From assembly GCA_965649765.1 (NCBI GenBank), contig OZ287753.1:72664001-72728000 (forward strand): a DNA stretch of 64,000 bases. The letters are read 5' to 3'. The stretch's first letter is position 1. The number at the start of each line of letters is the position of its first letter. Below the pieces are notes generated by a model. The model saw only the letters and a list, made by a program, of their open reading frames with translations. It was not told where the DNA came from and ran no database searches. Position numbers and translations under genes: made by a program. Below, one piece after another: positions 12,151 through 23,928 of this stretch. This stretch comes from Bispira polyomma (lineage: Eukaryota).

Positions 12151-12409
12151 AGACACCCTACCAGTGTTATAGATGTATGAATCTAGGGCACCGGGAGCAA
12201 CAGTGTCCTAATAACAGTGATTGTAAGGAGGGACAGGCACACAGACAGCGGGCATAGTCACACATACAGACACACACATACTACCATCCTACAGATAATA
12301 TCAAGTACAAGTGATGCAGCAGGTCTTTTAAGAATTCTATCAAGTGTACAGTTTACACCTAAGGAATGTTTGGAAGGTTGAAGGTGTTAAATATTGATTA
12401 GCTATAACT

Positions 12410-12515
12410 GTACACACTGTACTCTATGTAACCAAGTACACACTGTACTCTATGTAACCAAGTACACACTGTACTCTATGTAACCAAGTACACACTGTAC
12501 TCTATGTAACCGAAC
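12410..12515. repeat. 26-bp tandem repeat x4 (gtacacactgtactctatgtaaccaa)
   Basis: Units start at 12410, 12436, 12462, 12488. Confidence 0.9.
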
Positions 12516-12551
12516 ACTTACTGATCTTGGTTTTTGTCTGTTATTTTCCAG

Positions 12552-12656
12552 TTTGCTTTGTCTGTCAAGGCCGAGGTCATCTCCCTGGAGACTGTAAGGC
12601 GCCGCCCGTGTGTCTGGTGTGTAGAGGGAAAGGGCATCATTGGCAGGACTGTCCTA
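12552..12656 (+). CDS. Zinc-knuckle/RS protein, exon with knuckles 3-4
   Basis: ttttccag|; CFVCQGRGHLPGDC and CLVCRGKGHHWQDC; a|gtaagt; 105 bp, phase 1-1. Confidence 0.9.
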
Positions 12657-13063
12657 GTAAGTAAACTTACCGCTGACAGAACTATCCTAGTAAGTAAACG
12701 GACCATGGAGAGAACAAATAAGACAGTCCCAGTAAGTAACTGACCACTAAGAGAACTGCCAGTAAGTAAGTAAACCAGAGGAAGTAACCACTGAAAAAAC
12801 TTGTACTTAGCTTAATTACTTAATGACTATTCTATAACCGTGGTGCAGCTGCACTGAAACAACAATTTCTAAAAATCTTGTGTATCTAGTTCTTAGCAGC
12901 GTACGTGAACCGTGTCTTAAGCATCTGCTTTAGTTTGGGGAATGACAGTTACTGGTGCTAGTGGGCTGTAGTCAAGAAAAGGCTGAAGTAGCATGTGATA
13001 CAGGGAGATAGTGCATGCCCTGAGTATTGTACTCTGCCCCGAACTGTATAATTATCTAAATAA

Positions 13064-13249
13064 CAGTGGAACCTCTACTATCTGAACATGCTGGGAGAAC
13101 AAGATTTTGTTTGTATAATAGAAGGTTTATATAATAGAAGAGGCATTTTAGTATAAATCAATATAAATATGTAAATTTGGGAGAGTGAAACTGTTTTCAT
13201 TTTATAGAATTTTCAGATAATAGAAGTTATGATATTAGAAGTTCGACTG
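13064..13249. mobile_element. Tc1/mariner(pogo)-type MITE, degenerate
   Basis: cagtggaacctcta... and ...tagaagttcgactg|ta imperfect TIRs; related starts at about 22838 and 22911. Confidence 0.55.
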
Positions 13250-13711
13250 TATTTGATTTTCTAAACACACTTTCACTCTGACATTGTCCTATTGTTGCAA
13301 TGTTAAAATGTATTGCCTGAACCTGCCATTATGCGAACAAAATGTTGCTCTCCCTACATGTTTAGATAATGGACCCCCCTATGGTTATTTGAATTTTGAA
13401 TGTGGAACCTCTATTTTATGCATAAATAAGAGTTACATAGAGTGTAGAGTTAAATATGATAGAGTAAGTTGAGCCCCTTTAAATCAAACCTCAAATGAAT
13501 TGGGAAATGCTTCTAGTTAAGCAGGATTTACATGTAGCAGGGTAGATTTTCAAGTAAAAGCCATTTTTCACACAAAAAAGCTCTCTCCACTTTAAAGGGG
13601 GAAGTTAACTTAACAGGTTTCTACCAAAAGGATTTTGGCAGAATACATGTTTCAAAGTTTGAAGACCACTAATAAAATGTGTACAAATATACATTTGTGT
13701 GTGTTTCTCAG

Positions 13712-13843
13712 CTAAGAAGGTTGGCGCCGTTCCTAATCCTAATTTGTTGTCCCACTATCGCCAAGACGCCACTACCTCTGTCTGCGTCAAGTGTAACCAG
13801 GCAGGTCACATGACCAAGGACTGCCTCTCAGAGGAAGTGCTCG
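13712..13843 (+). CDS. Zinc-knuckle/RS protein, exon with knuckle 5
   Basis: gtttctcag|; KKVGAVPNPNLLSHYRQDATTSVCVKCNQAGHMTKDCLSEEVL; g|gtaagt; 132 bp, phase 1-1. Confidence 0.9.
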
Positions 13844-13918
13844 GTAAGTGTAATATCTAGAGTGGACTCTCTATTAAAGTAAAATGCTCCAATGTCCACA
13901 GGATTTGGTTCTGCTTAT

Positions 13919-14286
13919 TAAGGCTGCGAGGATTAGCGCTAGCATCGATGCATTAATCGAGTGAGACAAGTAAAACGATACATCGAGCCGGGCTTTGTGA
14001 CTCGATCATTTATATAGTACTTCTATTGGCCTTATTTTAGTATGCACCCAAAAGCGCATGGTCGCCTAGAACAAATATAAATAATAGATACGTGAAAATG
14101 AAAGTTTATGTTCGTTTTACACCTAAGTTTGAAGGTATATTGTAGGAAAACATAAAAAACCGTACAGTCTAGGTATGTATCAGCACTTTATTTGGTTAAA
14201 ATGGAGTTTTCGATGCATCGAGTGATGCATCGAGTCCGCGTGGGCGATAATCGATGCAATTCACACACCCCCGACTCGCAGCCTTA
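13919..14286. mobile_element. hAT-type MITE
   Basis: 12-bp perfect TIR taaggctgcgag / ctcgcagcctta; 8-bp TSD ctgcttat at 13911-13918 and 14287-14294; subterminal atcgatgcat repeats. Confidence 0.9.
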
Positions 14287-14312
14287 CTGCTTATGTATAA
14301 CTTCTACTTTGT

Positions 14313-14547
14313 GGAGATGCAGTGGCCTAGTGGTTCGCAAGCATTGTGCTTCACAATCACTCATCTCTCACTTCTAGGATCGGCTGGATACCTACGTGGG
14401 AAATGTGGTAGTTCCTTACTGTGGGCCGCTGATTTTTGTACAGAATCTTGATCAAGTGTATGCAGTGTTTCCTCGAGCGTTTCCAACTACCCCTCCCAAT
14501 ATAACCTAAACAGGTACTAGAGTGGACGTTAAATATTCCAATTTAAA
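14313..14547 (+). mobile_element. tRNA-derived SINE, family A, diverged copy
   Basis: Shares gtggcctagtggtt...cttcacaatcact, gtgggaaa.gtggtagttccttactgtgggccgct and ggtactagagtggacgttaaatat with 28271-28521. Confidence 0.85.
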
Positions 14548-14769
14548 AGAAGCTTGTACCTAATTCAAAACTAGTATTTCTCGATGTTGGGACCAGAAAA
14601 ATTGCTTCTTTGGTTGTAGTTACACTGAGTCAACCATAGGTATTAGATGTGGTGATGGGTACAATAAAATTGGCCCAGGTAATCCCAATGGTATAAATGA
14701 CTAGAGTATGGCTACTCGCATGTTTAGTTTATGATACTGAATCAATTGCCAGGAACAAGTTCAGTAACA

Positions 14770-16170
14770 TTGCGGCTGGTTTAAACTAATCTATCAAAGG
14801 AAATATTTTTAGTTGAACTAAAAATTGTGTTGTAAGTTGAAAATTCTATATGTAATCTAAACTTCTTGGCAAACGGTTTAAACAATAGAATACACTGCCA
14901 TTATTTGATGCTATATCCACTATTACTAAATCCTGGGTGTATTGGGGAAAATATTGTAAAATATGAGCAAAACAAATATTGGGTCGTAGTATTGGATATT
15001 TTTACAAGATATTTATACAGGCTTACTAGAACATTTTACAGTACAGAATGTAGACGTTTTTGAAGGTAGCACTGTACATTTTTTTCATTTTTTTTTATTA
15101 TTTCTTCATTAAGACATTATGATATAATTCACAATAACAGAACACAAAGAAGAACAGTTACACAGAGCCATATACAGTGGTATGATTACTATTATTATAC
15201 ATAGTGACAAAAGTAGTGAAATTTGCAAATTGGTTAATTCTTTCTTCACACAACTTTGAAGAACTCCTACTATATCTTTGATTCTATACATTTCTTAGGA
15301 TAGTTTTCAGGCCGTCTTTGATTTCAATGTTAACTCTTTTAAAATTATCAGAGTAGTTGGGGAGTTGTAAATATTATTCAATCTTTGACTTTACCAAATG
15401 CAAATATTCACCAAACATCAAGGGCTTTTCATTTGTCTTTGAAAAATTAATATACCATTTACCTAACAAAATTAACAAGTTTTGAATCATATTAGATGAA
15501 GTGAATTTTTGATGATCAATTGTATCTATTGAGTGACAATAATTACATTTTGTTGTAATCTTAATTTTCATGTATGCAGATTTAAATTACAGTTTATCAC
15601 TGTTTATAATTTTATATTGGAAAGATTAAAGGTACGGTTCCTTTACTATGAAGTGGACCAAGTTCAGTATTTTCTACCAAGGAGCAACCTCAAGAAACGG
15701 ATAGGCTTCAATCCATTTTTCTGTAGAAGATGGCTGTTGCAACTTATCATTTATGGCCACCCAGTATAATACCTTATTATTTATCTCGGAGAAATCTGAT
15801 AATTCACCCTTTACTAGAATTCTTGGCATTGCACTTTTTCTCGGTTTTTGATATTGAAATGTTCTTAAAGCATCTTTTCAAGCCTGTGGAATTAAACTAA
15901 AAATTATATTGTAAGTTAAAAAGTCTATATTTAATCTAAACTGCTTGGAAAACGGTTCAAAATATAGAATACTGCCAATGATGTTTGATACTATATCCCC
16001 TTTTACTAAATCCTGGGTGTCGACTTCCAGTAATTTAAAATCTTGTGACTGTAAAGGCGTATTTTCAGAACATATAAATTTATTATCAAAAATAAATTCA
16101 TTCAGGATTTCATCGCCTGATTTTAGAGCTACACCATTGGTAGCACTGTACATATAAACACATCTTTATA
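14770..16170 (-). mobile_element. L1/Tx1-clade LINE, ORF2 3' fragments, partly duplicated
   Basis: Minus-strand ILNEFIFDNKFIC, KCNYCHSIDTIDH (C-terminal CCHC), LILLGKWYIN...; 14850-14940 duplicates 15933-16020. Confidence 0.65.
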
Positions 16171-16242
16171 TACAAACTTATAAACCCCTCCGGCACGATT
16201 AGCCTATGTCTGTTTAAGCTTTCAAATTTTTTCCATGTGTAG

Positions 16243-16305
16243 ATTTCTCCAGCACGGATGGAGAAGCTGAAAAAGATCCAGAACAAAAAAAGAAGGAAAA
16301 AACAG
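16243..16305 (+). CDS. Zinc-knuckle/RS protein, short charged exon
   Basis: ccatgtgtag|; DFSSTDGEAEKDPEQKKKEKT; cag|gtatgt; 63 bp, phase 1-1, compatible with the next exon. The alternative acceptor at 16252 would end in phase 0. Confidence 0.7.
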
Positions 16306-17054
16306 GTATGTACAGCCGTACCTCTAGTATCCAAACTTCTGTTATCCCAATATTCAATTTTACAAACTCATTTTCACTCTCCCCAAATTCATATCTTTCT
16401 ATTGTTTAATACTTATAAATGCCTATTCTATTTTATCTGAATATTTTCTGAACATAATCTTGCTCTTCCAACATGTTTGAAGCTATTAGCTGATATGTTC
16501 AGTACAGATTTGTGCTTTAGTGTAGCATTTATTATTGTATTAAAAAAACTAGTACACAGTGTATAAACGTTGTTTTAATTTTTCAGTGGTGTTTTTCATA
16601 TTTAACTATAACCAGTTAATATCAAGTTGTCATGGGTTTATATCATGGAAAAGTACTGTAGATATCTTAATCATATTTAGTACATGGTTTTATCATGGGT
16701 ATTGCATGTATAGTACATAATATGCACAATATGTCTCATTTCTAAAGCCAATTTTTGGTGCAAACTCTAATTCATGGATTTGTTTACGGTCATTCTTCAT
16801 TAGCTTTAGCTAAAAGTATTTGGGAAACGTATACATTATAGATAGATGCATCTCCTTGTAGAATGAATTTAAGGTCCAATAAGTAGACTTTCTGGTGTCC
16901 AAATTTCTGTTTTCCCAACTATGAACACAAATATGTGGTTTTCACTTTTTACAGAATGTCTCTTCTATATTGTAAATCTTCTGTTTAACCCAACATAATT
17001 TTGGTCTCCCAAAGGGTTTTGATAATAGACATTGCACTGAATGTATGTTTGCAG

Positions 17055-17219
17055 AAGCCATTAGAAAAAGTAGAGTATTCAGACAGCGTTCTTCAAAGAG
17101 CAAATCTGTCTCGCCTAAGAGGGAAGCGGCTGTCGAGAGCAGTATCGTTACCAAGACTCCCGCTGTAATCAAGCCGACCGAGACAGCTGCTAAAACAACT
17201 GTCAAATCTACAGAGAAAG
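17055..17219 (+). CDS. Zinc-knuckle/RS protein, exon ending at a probable GC donor
   Basis: tttgcag|; EAIRKSRVFRQRSSKSKSVSPKRE...KSTEK; proposed donor AAG|GCAGGA; 165 bp, phase 1-1. The 3' boundary is less certain. Confidence 0.75.
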
Positions 17220-17438
17220 GCAGGATAACGTTATGTTAATACGTTTTGTGTGTATAACTTTTTTTTTTAAAGTATTTGCACTAATTGAGTAATTTTTATG
17301 TTAACATTTAATTACATTTCATTGTGAAGTAATCGACCAGTGAAGTTTAAACACCTGTGGTTTGGATTGTTCATATGTCAGTAGCTTTCAGTGTTTTTAT
17401 GTTAATATTTAATACTATAAATGTGCATGTTTTAAAAG

Positions 17439-18848
17439 CTAGTACCACCGAGAAGAAAGAGCCGTTGTCTCAGAGGAAACGTAGAAGTAGGTCAAGGTCA
17501 AAGAGTCCGAGGAAGAGGTCACGGTCGAAAACACCATCCAGAAGAAAGTCAAGGTCACGATCTAGAACCCGTACTCGAAGGTCCCGATCACCAAGACAAC
17601 CAGCATGGTCACGCGGTCGATATGGCTTAGCGGCGCGCTCGAGAAGGTCAAGGTCTCCAAGGAGGTCCAGGTCACCTCGAAAGTCAAGGTCTCCCAGGAA
17701 GTCCAGGTCACCTCGAAGGTCAAGATCTCCAAGGAAATCCAGGTCACCCGTTACCCGGAGGACCAGGAGATCCAGGTCGCCTGTGTCAAGGAGACGGAGG
17801 TCAAGGTCAGCTAGAAAGTCAAGGTCTCCAAGGAAGTCACGGTCACCAGCAAGAAGGAGGTCGAGGTCACCAAAGTCAAGGAGATCCAGATCCCCACGTA
17901 AATCAAAATCCCCAGTGCAGGAGAAAATAAAGCCGCCTGTACCCCCAATGCCCAAAAAGGTCAAGGAGAAAGTGAAGGAGAAAGCACCTATAGCATTCGT
18001 GCCCAGAAAGGTCAAGGCCAAATCTCCGGTTCGGTTTCAGATCAAGACCAAGCCGCCACCTGCTAATCTCAAGCCTAAGATGTTGTCCTCTGATGACTCT
18101 AGTAGCGACTCTTCATCTTCTTCCTCTGATATGTCAGTGGCTCGACGTGCAGTCAAAAAAAAGCAAGCTGTAGCACTGGCGTTTGTGCCCAGGGTAAAGT
18201 CCCCAGTCGTTATACCGAATTCCCCCATCTTCAGGTCTAATTCCCCCATCTTTAGGGATTCCCCTAAATCCCCTGATATTAAGGCCAGACCCACCACTGT
18301 TAGGTCTAGTGAGAAATCCCTTATGAGGTCCAAATCACCTGTTGGCAGGTCCAATTTACCTGTTTACAGGTCTAGATGGGACAATTCGCCTGATTACAGG
18401 TCCAAATCACCTGTCGGCAGGTCTCAGTCGCCTGAATACAGGTCCAAATCACCTGTCGGCAGGTCTCAATTACCTGTATATAGAGAAAAATCCCTAGTGG
18501 CATCCAGGGGCATGTCTCCCGAACCCCTCCCAAAGGCAGGACCCTCTGGATACCGTCCAGTGTCGCCTACAGAGTCTCTGACCGAGGAGAAGCAACGGTT
18601 CCTGACCCGTTACTACCAAGATATGGCCTACGAGAAGTGGAAGATGGATATTGCCGCCGGCCGCATGCCACGGGAGGTGACCCCCACCGACCCGAGTAGC
18701 TTCCTGCCACATGACCACCCCTACCTCTACTACTACCACATGAGTCAGAAGAGGAAGAGCCAGGAGGGATCAGACAATCCCAGCCTGCCCCCACCTTGGT
18801 TCCATGAGGAGCTCCGAACACGTGGCAGGTCCCACGACAAGTCTCCAG
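17439..18848 (+). CDS. Zinc-knuckle/RS protein, large RS/SP-repeat exon
   Basis: 1410-bp open exon within ORF 17357-18922; (R/K)SRSP repeats with synonymous variation; acceptor ttttaaaag|, donor cag|gttatt; phase 1-1. Confidence 0.9.
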
Positions 18849-18890
18849 GTTATTCTTGTATTCCTTATTTCTGTACTGAGTTTAAATCTA

Positions 18891-19088
18891 CACGGGTGGT
18901 CACAATAGTGTCCGGGTCATAATAGTGTCCGTTGTATTTTTTAAGAACTTACTGATGGAAATTAATATTGAAAACACACACTACTTTATGCCTATGAATT
19001 GAATCACGGAATACTATATTTTATTTTTGGTCAATCTACGTTTCATACTTTCGAATGTGCGTCGACCAATATTGTAACCCGGACATTC
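18891..19088. mobile_element. Tc1/mariner-type MITE, diverged copy of 62390-62602
   Basis: ta|cacgggtggtcacaata... and internal ttactgatggaaattaata, aatctacgttt, aatgtgcgtcga shared with 62390-62602. Confidence 0.8.
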
Positions 19089-19739
19089 ACTTACTGGTCA
19101 TAGGAATAGTTGGTTATTTGCAGGTTTTTTTAGGCCTAAGATAATGGATATTTTACTTTCATCTACGCTTGATATTTATTGATATGATATTAAATTTATA
19201 CAGTTGACTCTTGAAACCTATAAATACTAAGCCCTCAATAAAAAAGTATTCTGAACTTTATGGCCTTACGATTATGTGATTTGGCAATTTTCTAGTTGTA
19301 TGAACAAGCCATTGTGACCACACCACTGTCACAAATTTGCATTGAAAACGGACTAGATTTTCAACAATGATGTCAATGATATTGCGCTTTGCAAGATGCC
19401 TGGCATCAATAAGGTGCATTGAAAATGTATCATATATCTGTTGATATTGATACCTCCTTTGAAGTGGATCACACCCATCTTCTGCATTATTTCAACAATA
19501 ATGAACTGCCCTTCGAGATATTAATAGTGATAAAAAATGACTGGCTCCCATGACTGCTTGTTTTGTGCCTCTATCACTTTAATTGGTTTACTGGTTTGTG
19601 ATCTTAATGTCTTGATGTGACACGCCACTTTTCAGCCTTACCTGCACCTGGCAGTCAAAGCCATGCTTGTGGCATTGGAAAATTAATATCTAATATTAGT
19701 ATGTAAGTCTGCTGTTTTTCGCAACAATTAAGCATGTCA

Positions 19740-20285
19740 TGAGGTCCATTGTTTTTCCCCAACACATAACCACACCATTATGTTCTGAGGTCTCATCAAT
19801 GTTTTTCCCCACGACGTACTGAGGTGTCATCATTGGTTGTCACAAACACATAACCACATCATGATATCCTGAAATGTTATCATTGGTTGTCCCCAACACA
19901 AAACCACACCATGATATCGTGAGGTGTCATCATTGTTTTTCTCCAACACAAAACCACACCATAATGTCCTGAGGTATCGTCATTGTTTTTCCCCAACACA
20001 TTACCATACCATGACGTCCTGAGGTGTCATCATTGCTTGACCCAAACACAAAACCGCACCATGAGATCCTGTGGTGTCATCATTGGTTGTCACCAACACT
20101 TAACTGCACCACAACGTCCTGAGGTGTCATCATTGGTTGTCACCAACACATAACTACACCATAATATCCTGAAGTGTCGTCATTGGTTGTCCCCAAGACA
20201 TAACCACATCATTGGTTACACATAACCACACCTTGATGTCCTGAAGTATCATCATTGGTTGTCCCCAACACATAACCACATCATA
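19740..20285. repeat. 50-bp degenerate tandem repeat, about 11 copies
   Basis: cattggttgtccccaacacataaccacaccatga.gtcctgaggtgtcat; catt at 19981, 20031, 20081, 20131, 20181. Confidence 0.88.
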
Positions 20286-20929
20286 GGGTCATCTGATGCT
20301 GTATACATCTTCAAACATTTTTTTCTGTTTCATCTACATATTTGAAGTCTTTTTCTCACTGTTGTATAAAAAAGCTGCTGGGTTCTTTTATCCATGGCCG
20401 TATGTCAGAGGTTCAACATCTTTGTCAGTTTAAAAATCTCTACTGATAACACTTGGTTTATCTGGCTAATTTAGATCATATTTATTGAATAAAAGAAACT
20501 ATTTTCACACTCCCGGGCTGCTAATGAACAGGGGATATTTAATTTTTTTCAAACAATCAATAATTTATTGTCCATTTCTTTGTTAAAATCAAGATGTATT
20601 TAATGTAATTTGTATATTGTTATTGTGTTAAACTTACTGATATTTTAAGTATTTCATTGTTGTAATGTTGTAATTTATTGATAGCTAGTGGCTTAGTTCA
20701 AATAACCAAAGTGAAAACCTATTTAAGTCTAACCTGAATGAAACACTACCTCTAGCTATGCAGGATTTCTACTTAGCTGGGTATAGTTTAAAAGTAAACG
20801 TCTTTGAGGTACTATAAAGATTTTTCTCCATAAAGGCTCAAACCAGTCAATTGACCAGTAACAGGGTTCTACTTAAAAGGGTTTGATTGTATATGTGTGT
20901 ATATGATGGTGTGTTTTTGTATGGTGGAC

Positions 20930-21155
20930 CGAGGGTCTCGGTGGTGTAGTGCTAACACACTGACTTCTAACCTCTGCCTCTGAATGTGGGTGCAAATCTC
21001 GGCCCTGGCGTGTATTTGGAAAAGCTGGCAGTAACTTGCTGAAGGCTGGTGGTTTGCAGAGCAGAATGCCTTGACCAACTACCCTGTTATGAATTCCTCC
21101 ACCCGTGAATGAGCACAAATGTGTTAAAAATAACGTTCAACCCAAAAGAATGAAA
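20930..21155 (+). mobile_element. tRNA-derived SINE, second family, diverged
   Basis: A-box-like ggtggtgtagtg, B-box-like ggtgcaaatc, core gaaaagctggcagtaacttgctgaaggctggtggttt...ttcctccacc. Confidence 0.6.
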
Positions 21156-21247
21156 TAATCATTGATTGACTGGATTGTTGTTCTAAATATTGCCATATTT
21201 AACCTCTGGGTAGGTCTGACACTTGGTCACTTGCGTTCTTTGAGTAG

Positions 21248-21584
21248 CTAGGGAAGCGTACCGACAAGAACCTAAGAGGCCCAGAAGGGACAGCCGCAGT
21301 TACAGCCCTGATTCCCCGCCTAGGCGACTGTTACCTAGGCAACACAGCCCCGATTCCCCGCCTAGGCGACTGGTACCTAGGCAACACAGCCCCAGCCCTG
21401 GCAGGAAATTGGCATGGCAGCGCAGCCAGAGTCCCGGGAGGCGGTTACCACGGCGATGGAGCCGCAGTCCCAGCAGGTCACCGCCCAGGCGACATGGTTC
21501 ACCCGGCGGCATCTCATCAAAGGATCGTGTCAACAAAGTGAATGTTGTAGCCAATGTACTGAAGGGATTACAGAAAGTGATCAG
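21248..21584 (+). CDS. Zinc-knuckle/RS protein, penultimate coding exon
   Basis: ctttgagtag|; REAYRQEPKRPRRDSRSYSPDSPPRRLLPRQHSPDSPPRRLVPRQHSPSP...VLKGLQKVI; ag|gtaagt; 337 bp, phase 1 to 2. Confidence 0.85.
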
Positions 21585-23420
21585 GTAAGTGGGTGAAGAC
21601 TGGATTAGTAGGGGGTCAGTAGGAGGGCAGTGTCAGTGACCTTAGATAAATGATTAGTGAGTGGAAATGGTGTGAAAAGCAATTTGGTGTTAGTAATAAA
21701 ATTATTTGAAACAAACCCCTTAAGCAAGAATTTTAATTTAGGTTTGCTGTATGTGGTTAGTGGCTTTGGGCAATTAAACCAATTATAGCAGTTTCCATAT
21801 GTCAGAAGTTCATAATAATAAAGTTTATTCATCGTACTCTAAGTGATGAAATAACCAACTGGTAAATAATAAATGAACAGAAATTAATATAAAAAAAAAA
21901 AGAGAGAAAAACTAAAAGAATAAGTTACACAGAAATAATTACATAATAAGCAGACATGGACATTAGACATTAACTTTTACAGTTTACCTTATGTAGTATT
22001 GTTTTAAGTGTAATTCCATCCTATTTTTGACAATGTTGTTAACCTAAGTTTATGAGTAAAGTAGTACACACTAAATGTCCAAACTAAGTTTGATTCCTTC
22101 AGCCAGTTTTTCTATGTGAGTCTAATGGCTTTAGGAATCAAAATTTCAGTGGACAAGTTATTGCGTAAGCGTTAATTGAGAGAATGAATTTGTGCACTAT
22201 GTACTTCGTTTTTACCTGTATAAACAGGACACAGACTTTTTAAGATGAATGTAGTGGTACATCTGTGCCCACTTCTAAAGTATTTATATGTACAATTTAA
22301 CCCCCTTTGAGTCGAACTCCAAGGGACCAGGAAAAATAATTATACCAAAATATAATTTTGCATATATTAGGGTAGACTTATTGGCGGGGGACTACAAATT
22401 TGTATCTATATTAAAGGGAAATTGACTGAACAGAGTTCTATTTCAGGGGTTTGACTGTATATATTGTATACTGGTTATAGTGTGTTGTTTCTGTGTGTTA
22501 GTTGGTTCTTCAGTCAGGTTTTTAATGACGATTTGTCATTGTGTAATAATGTGCAATAATTTGATGATGTCTGCACTTAATGATTTAAGAGATAGATTGT
22601 GATTTAGTGAGTGTAGAATCACTTAATTGCTCAATTGTTTGTTCTTTGTCAGCATTGACAAATTGCAGCCACAGTATTCCGTATTTGTTTATCTAGGAAT
22701 AGTATTATTTTTTTGTGTGTGTGGACTTATATCTATTTAACTATTGTTAGTGATTATTTTTGCCGTCGTTTTTCACTTTATGTTGGTGACACGGTTAATT
22801 GTGTGTATAAAAAACTGCTATGTCATAAATACTATTACAGTAGAACCTCTATTATCCAGAAACCTTGAGGGAGTTGTAATAGTATTTGTGTAATGGAAGG
22901 TTTAAACAATACAGTAGAAGCTCTATTATACAAACCTCTGTTATATATTGGAATTGAGTTTAATGACGTCATTTCCACTCTCCCAAATTTATGTTTTGCT
23001 GTTGTTCATTCAAAGTCTTACAAAACATGTTTAAATAATAGAGGTTTTACTATATTTTGGCACAGAATGAGCCAAATATGTACGAATATTTAGATAAAAT
23101 AAAGAGCTAGTATGGACAATAGACATTCTACCTACAGCAAATTACTCCAGAATCTTTATAATTTAATATAATATCATACAATATCCATGAGATTTGGTTG
23201 TAGTTATGTTTAACTTATTATATACCTATTAAAACAATATTTACACTGGAAAATTTATTCTAATTATAGAGAAATGTGACTAGTACTGGTTCTAGTTACA
23301 AAGAGTCTACTGCACGTAAGTTACCAAAATAACATCCTTGATTAACCATAATCCATAATAAAATGAAATACAGTCAAGAGCACCAGCATCTTCTCCTAAA
23401 TCTACTTTCTTTTCTTACAG

Positions 23421-23928
23421 TTCCAAGGCGCATGACCTGAGTGGTCTTGTAAAGTCTAATTCTGACGGTGACTCAAAAGGCGAGCCCTCTAGAAAGTATT
23501 CATCAGAGTCCCGACACCCGGCAGAGGCAAACCCAGGCAGCAGCAGGCAGGATGATCAGCCACCGGCTAGATACGACACGAGTTACGGGTCTTCAGACCA
23601 ACAGCCGCCGTTGCAGCAACAGGGGATGCCACCGCAATATCAGCAGCAGGTTCCTCACGGTTACCAGCAAGGAGGAGGCATGGGTTACCAGCAGCAGATG
23701 CCGGACTATCAGCCGCAAATGGATCAGCAGGGGCCGTACCAGAACTACCCTCCAGGGGGTGGAGGGGGCTACATGGGAGGACCGCCCCAGGGCCCACCAG
23801 GAGCCTATATGGTCCCGAATATGGGCTACCAGGGCCCTCCGGGTCCGGGCTGGCAGGGCTATGGCCCACCCCCGGGGGGTCCCGGGATGGGGCCACCACC
23901 GGGCCACCCCCAGTGGCATCCGATGTAG
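23421..23928 (+). CDS. Zinc-knuckle/RS protein, last coding exon (G/P/Q/Y/M low-complexity tail)
   Basis: tttcttacag|, phase 2; in frame with ORF 23611-23928 (QQQGMPPQYQQ...GPPPGHPQWHPM*). Confidence 0.9.

Noticed and set aside
11211-13843. Knuckles as retroviral gag nucleocapsid
   Set aside because: They lie in separate spliceosomal exons in frame with a host RS domain, with no linked pol.
17357-17438. Hydrophobic N-terminus of ORF 17357-18922 as a signal peptide
   Set aside because: It is AT-rich intron sequence upstream of the acceptor at 17438.
17470-18354. Antisense ORFs rich in LD/GD repeats
   Set aside because: Shadow of RS/SP codons on the + strand.
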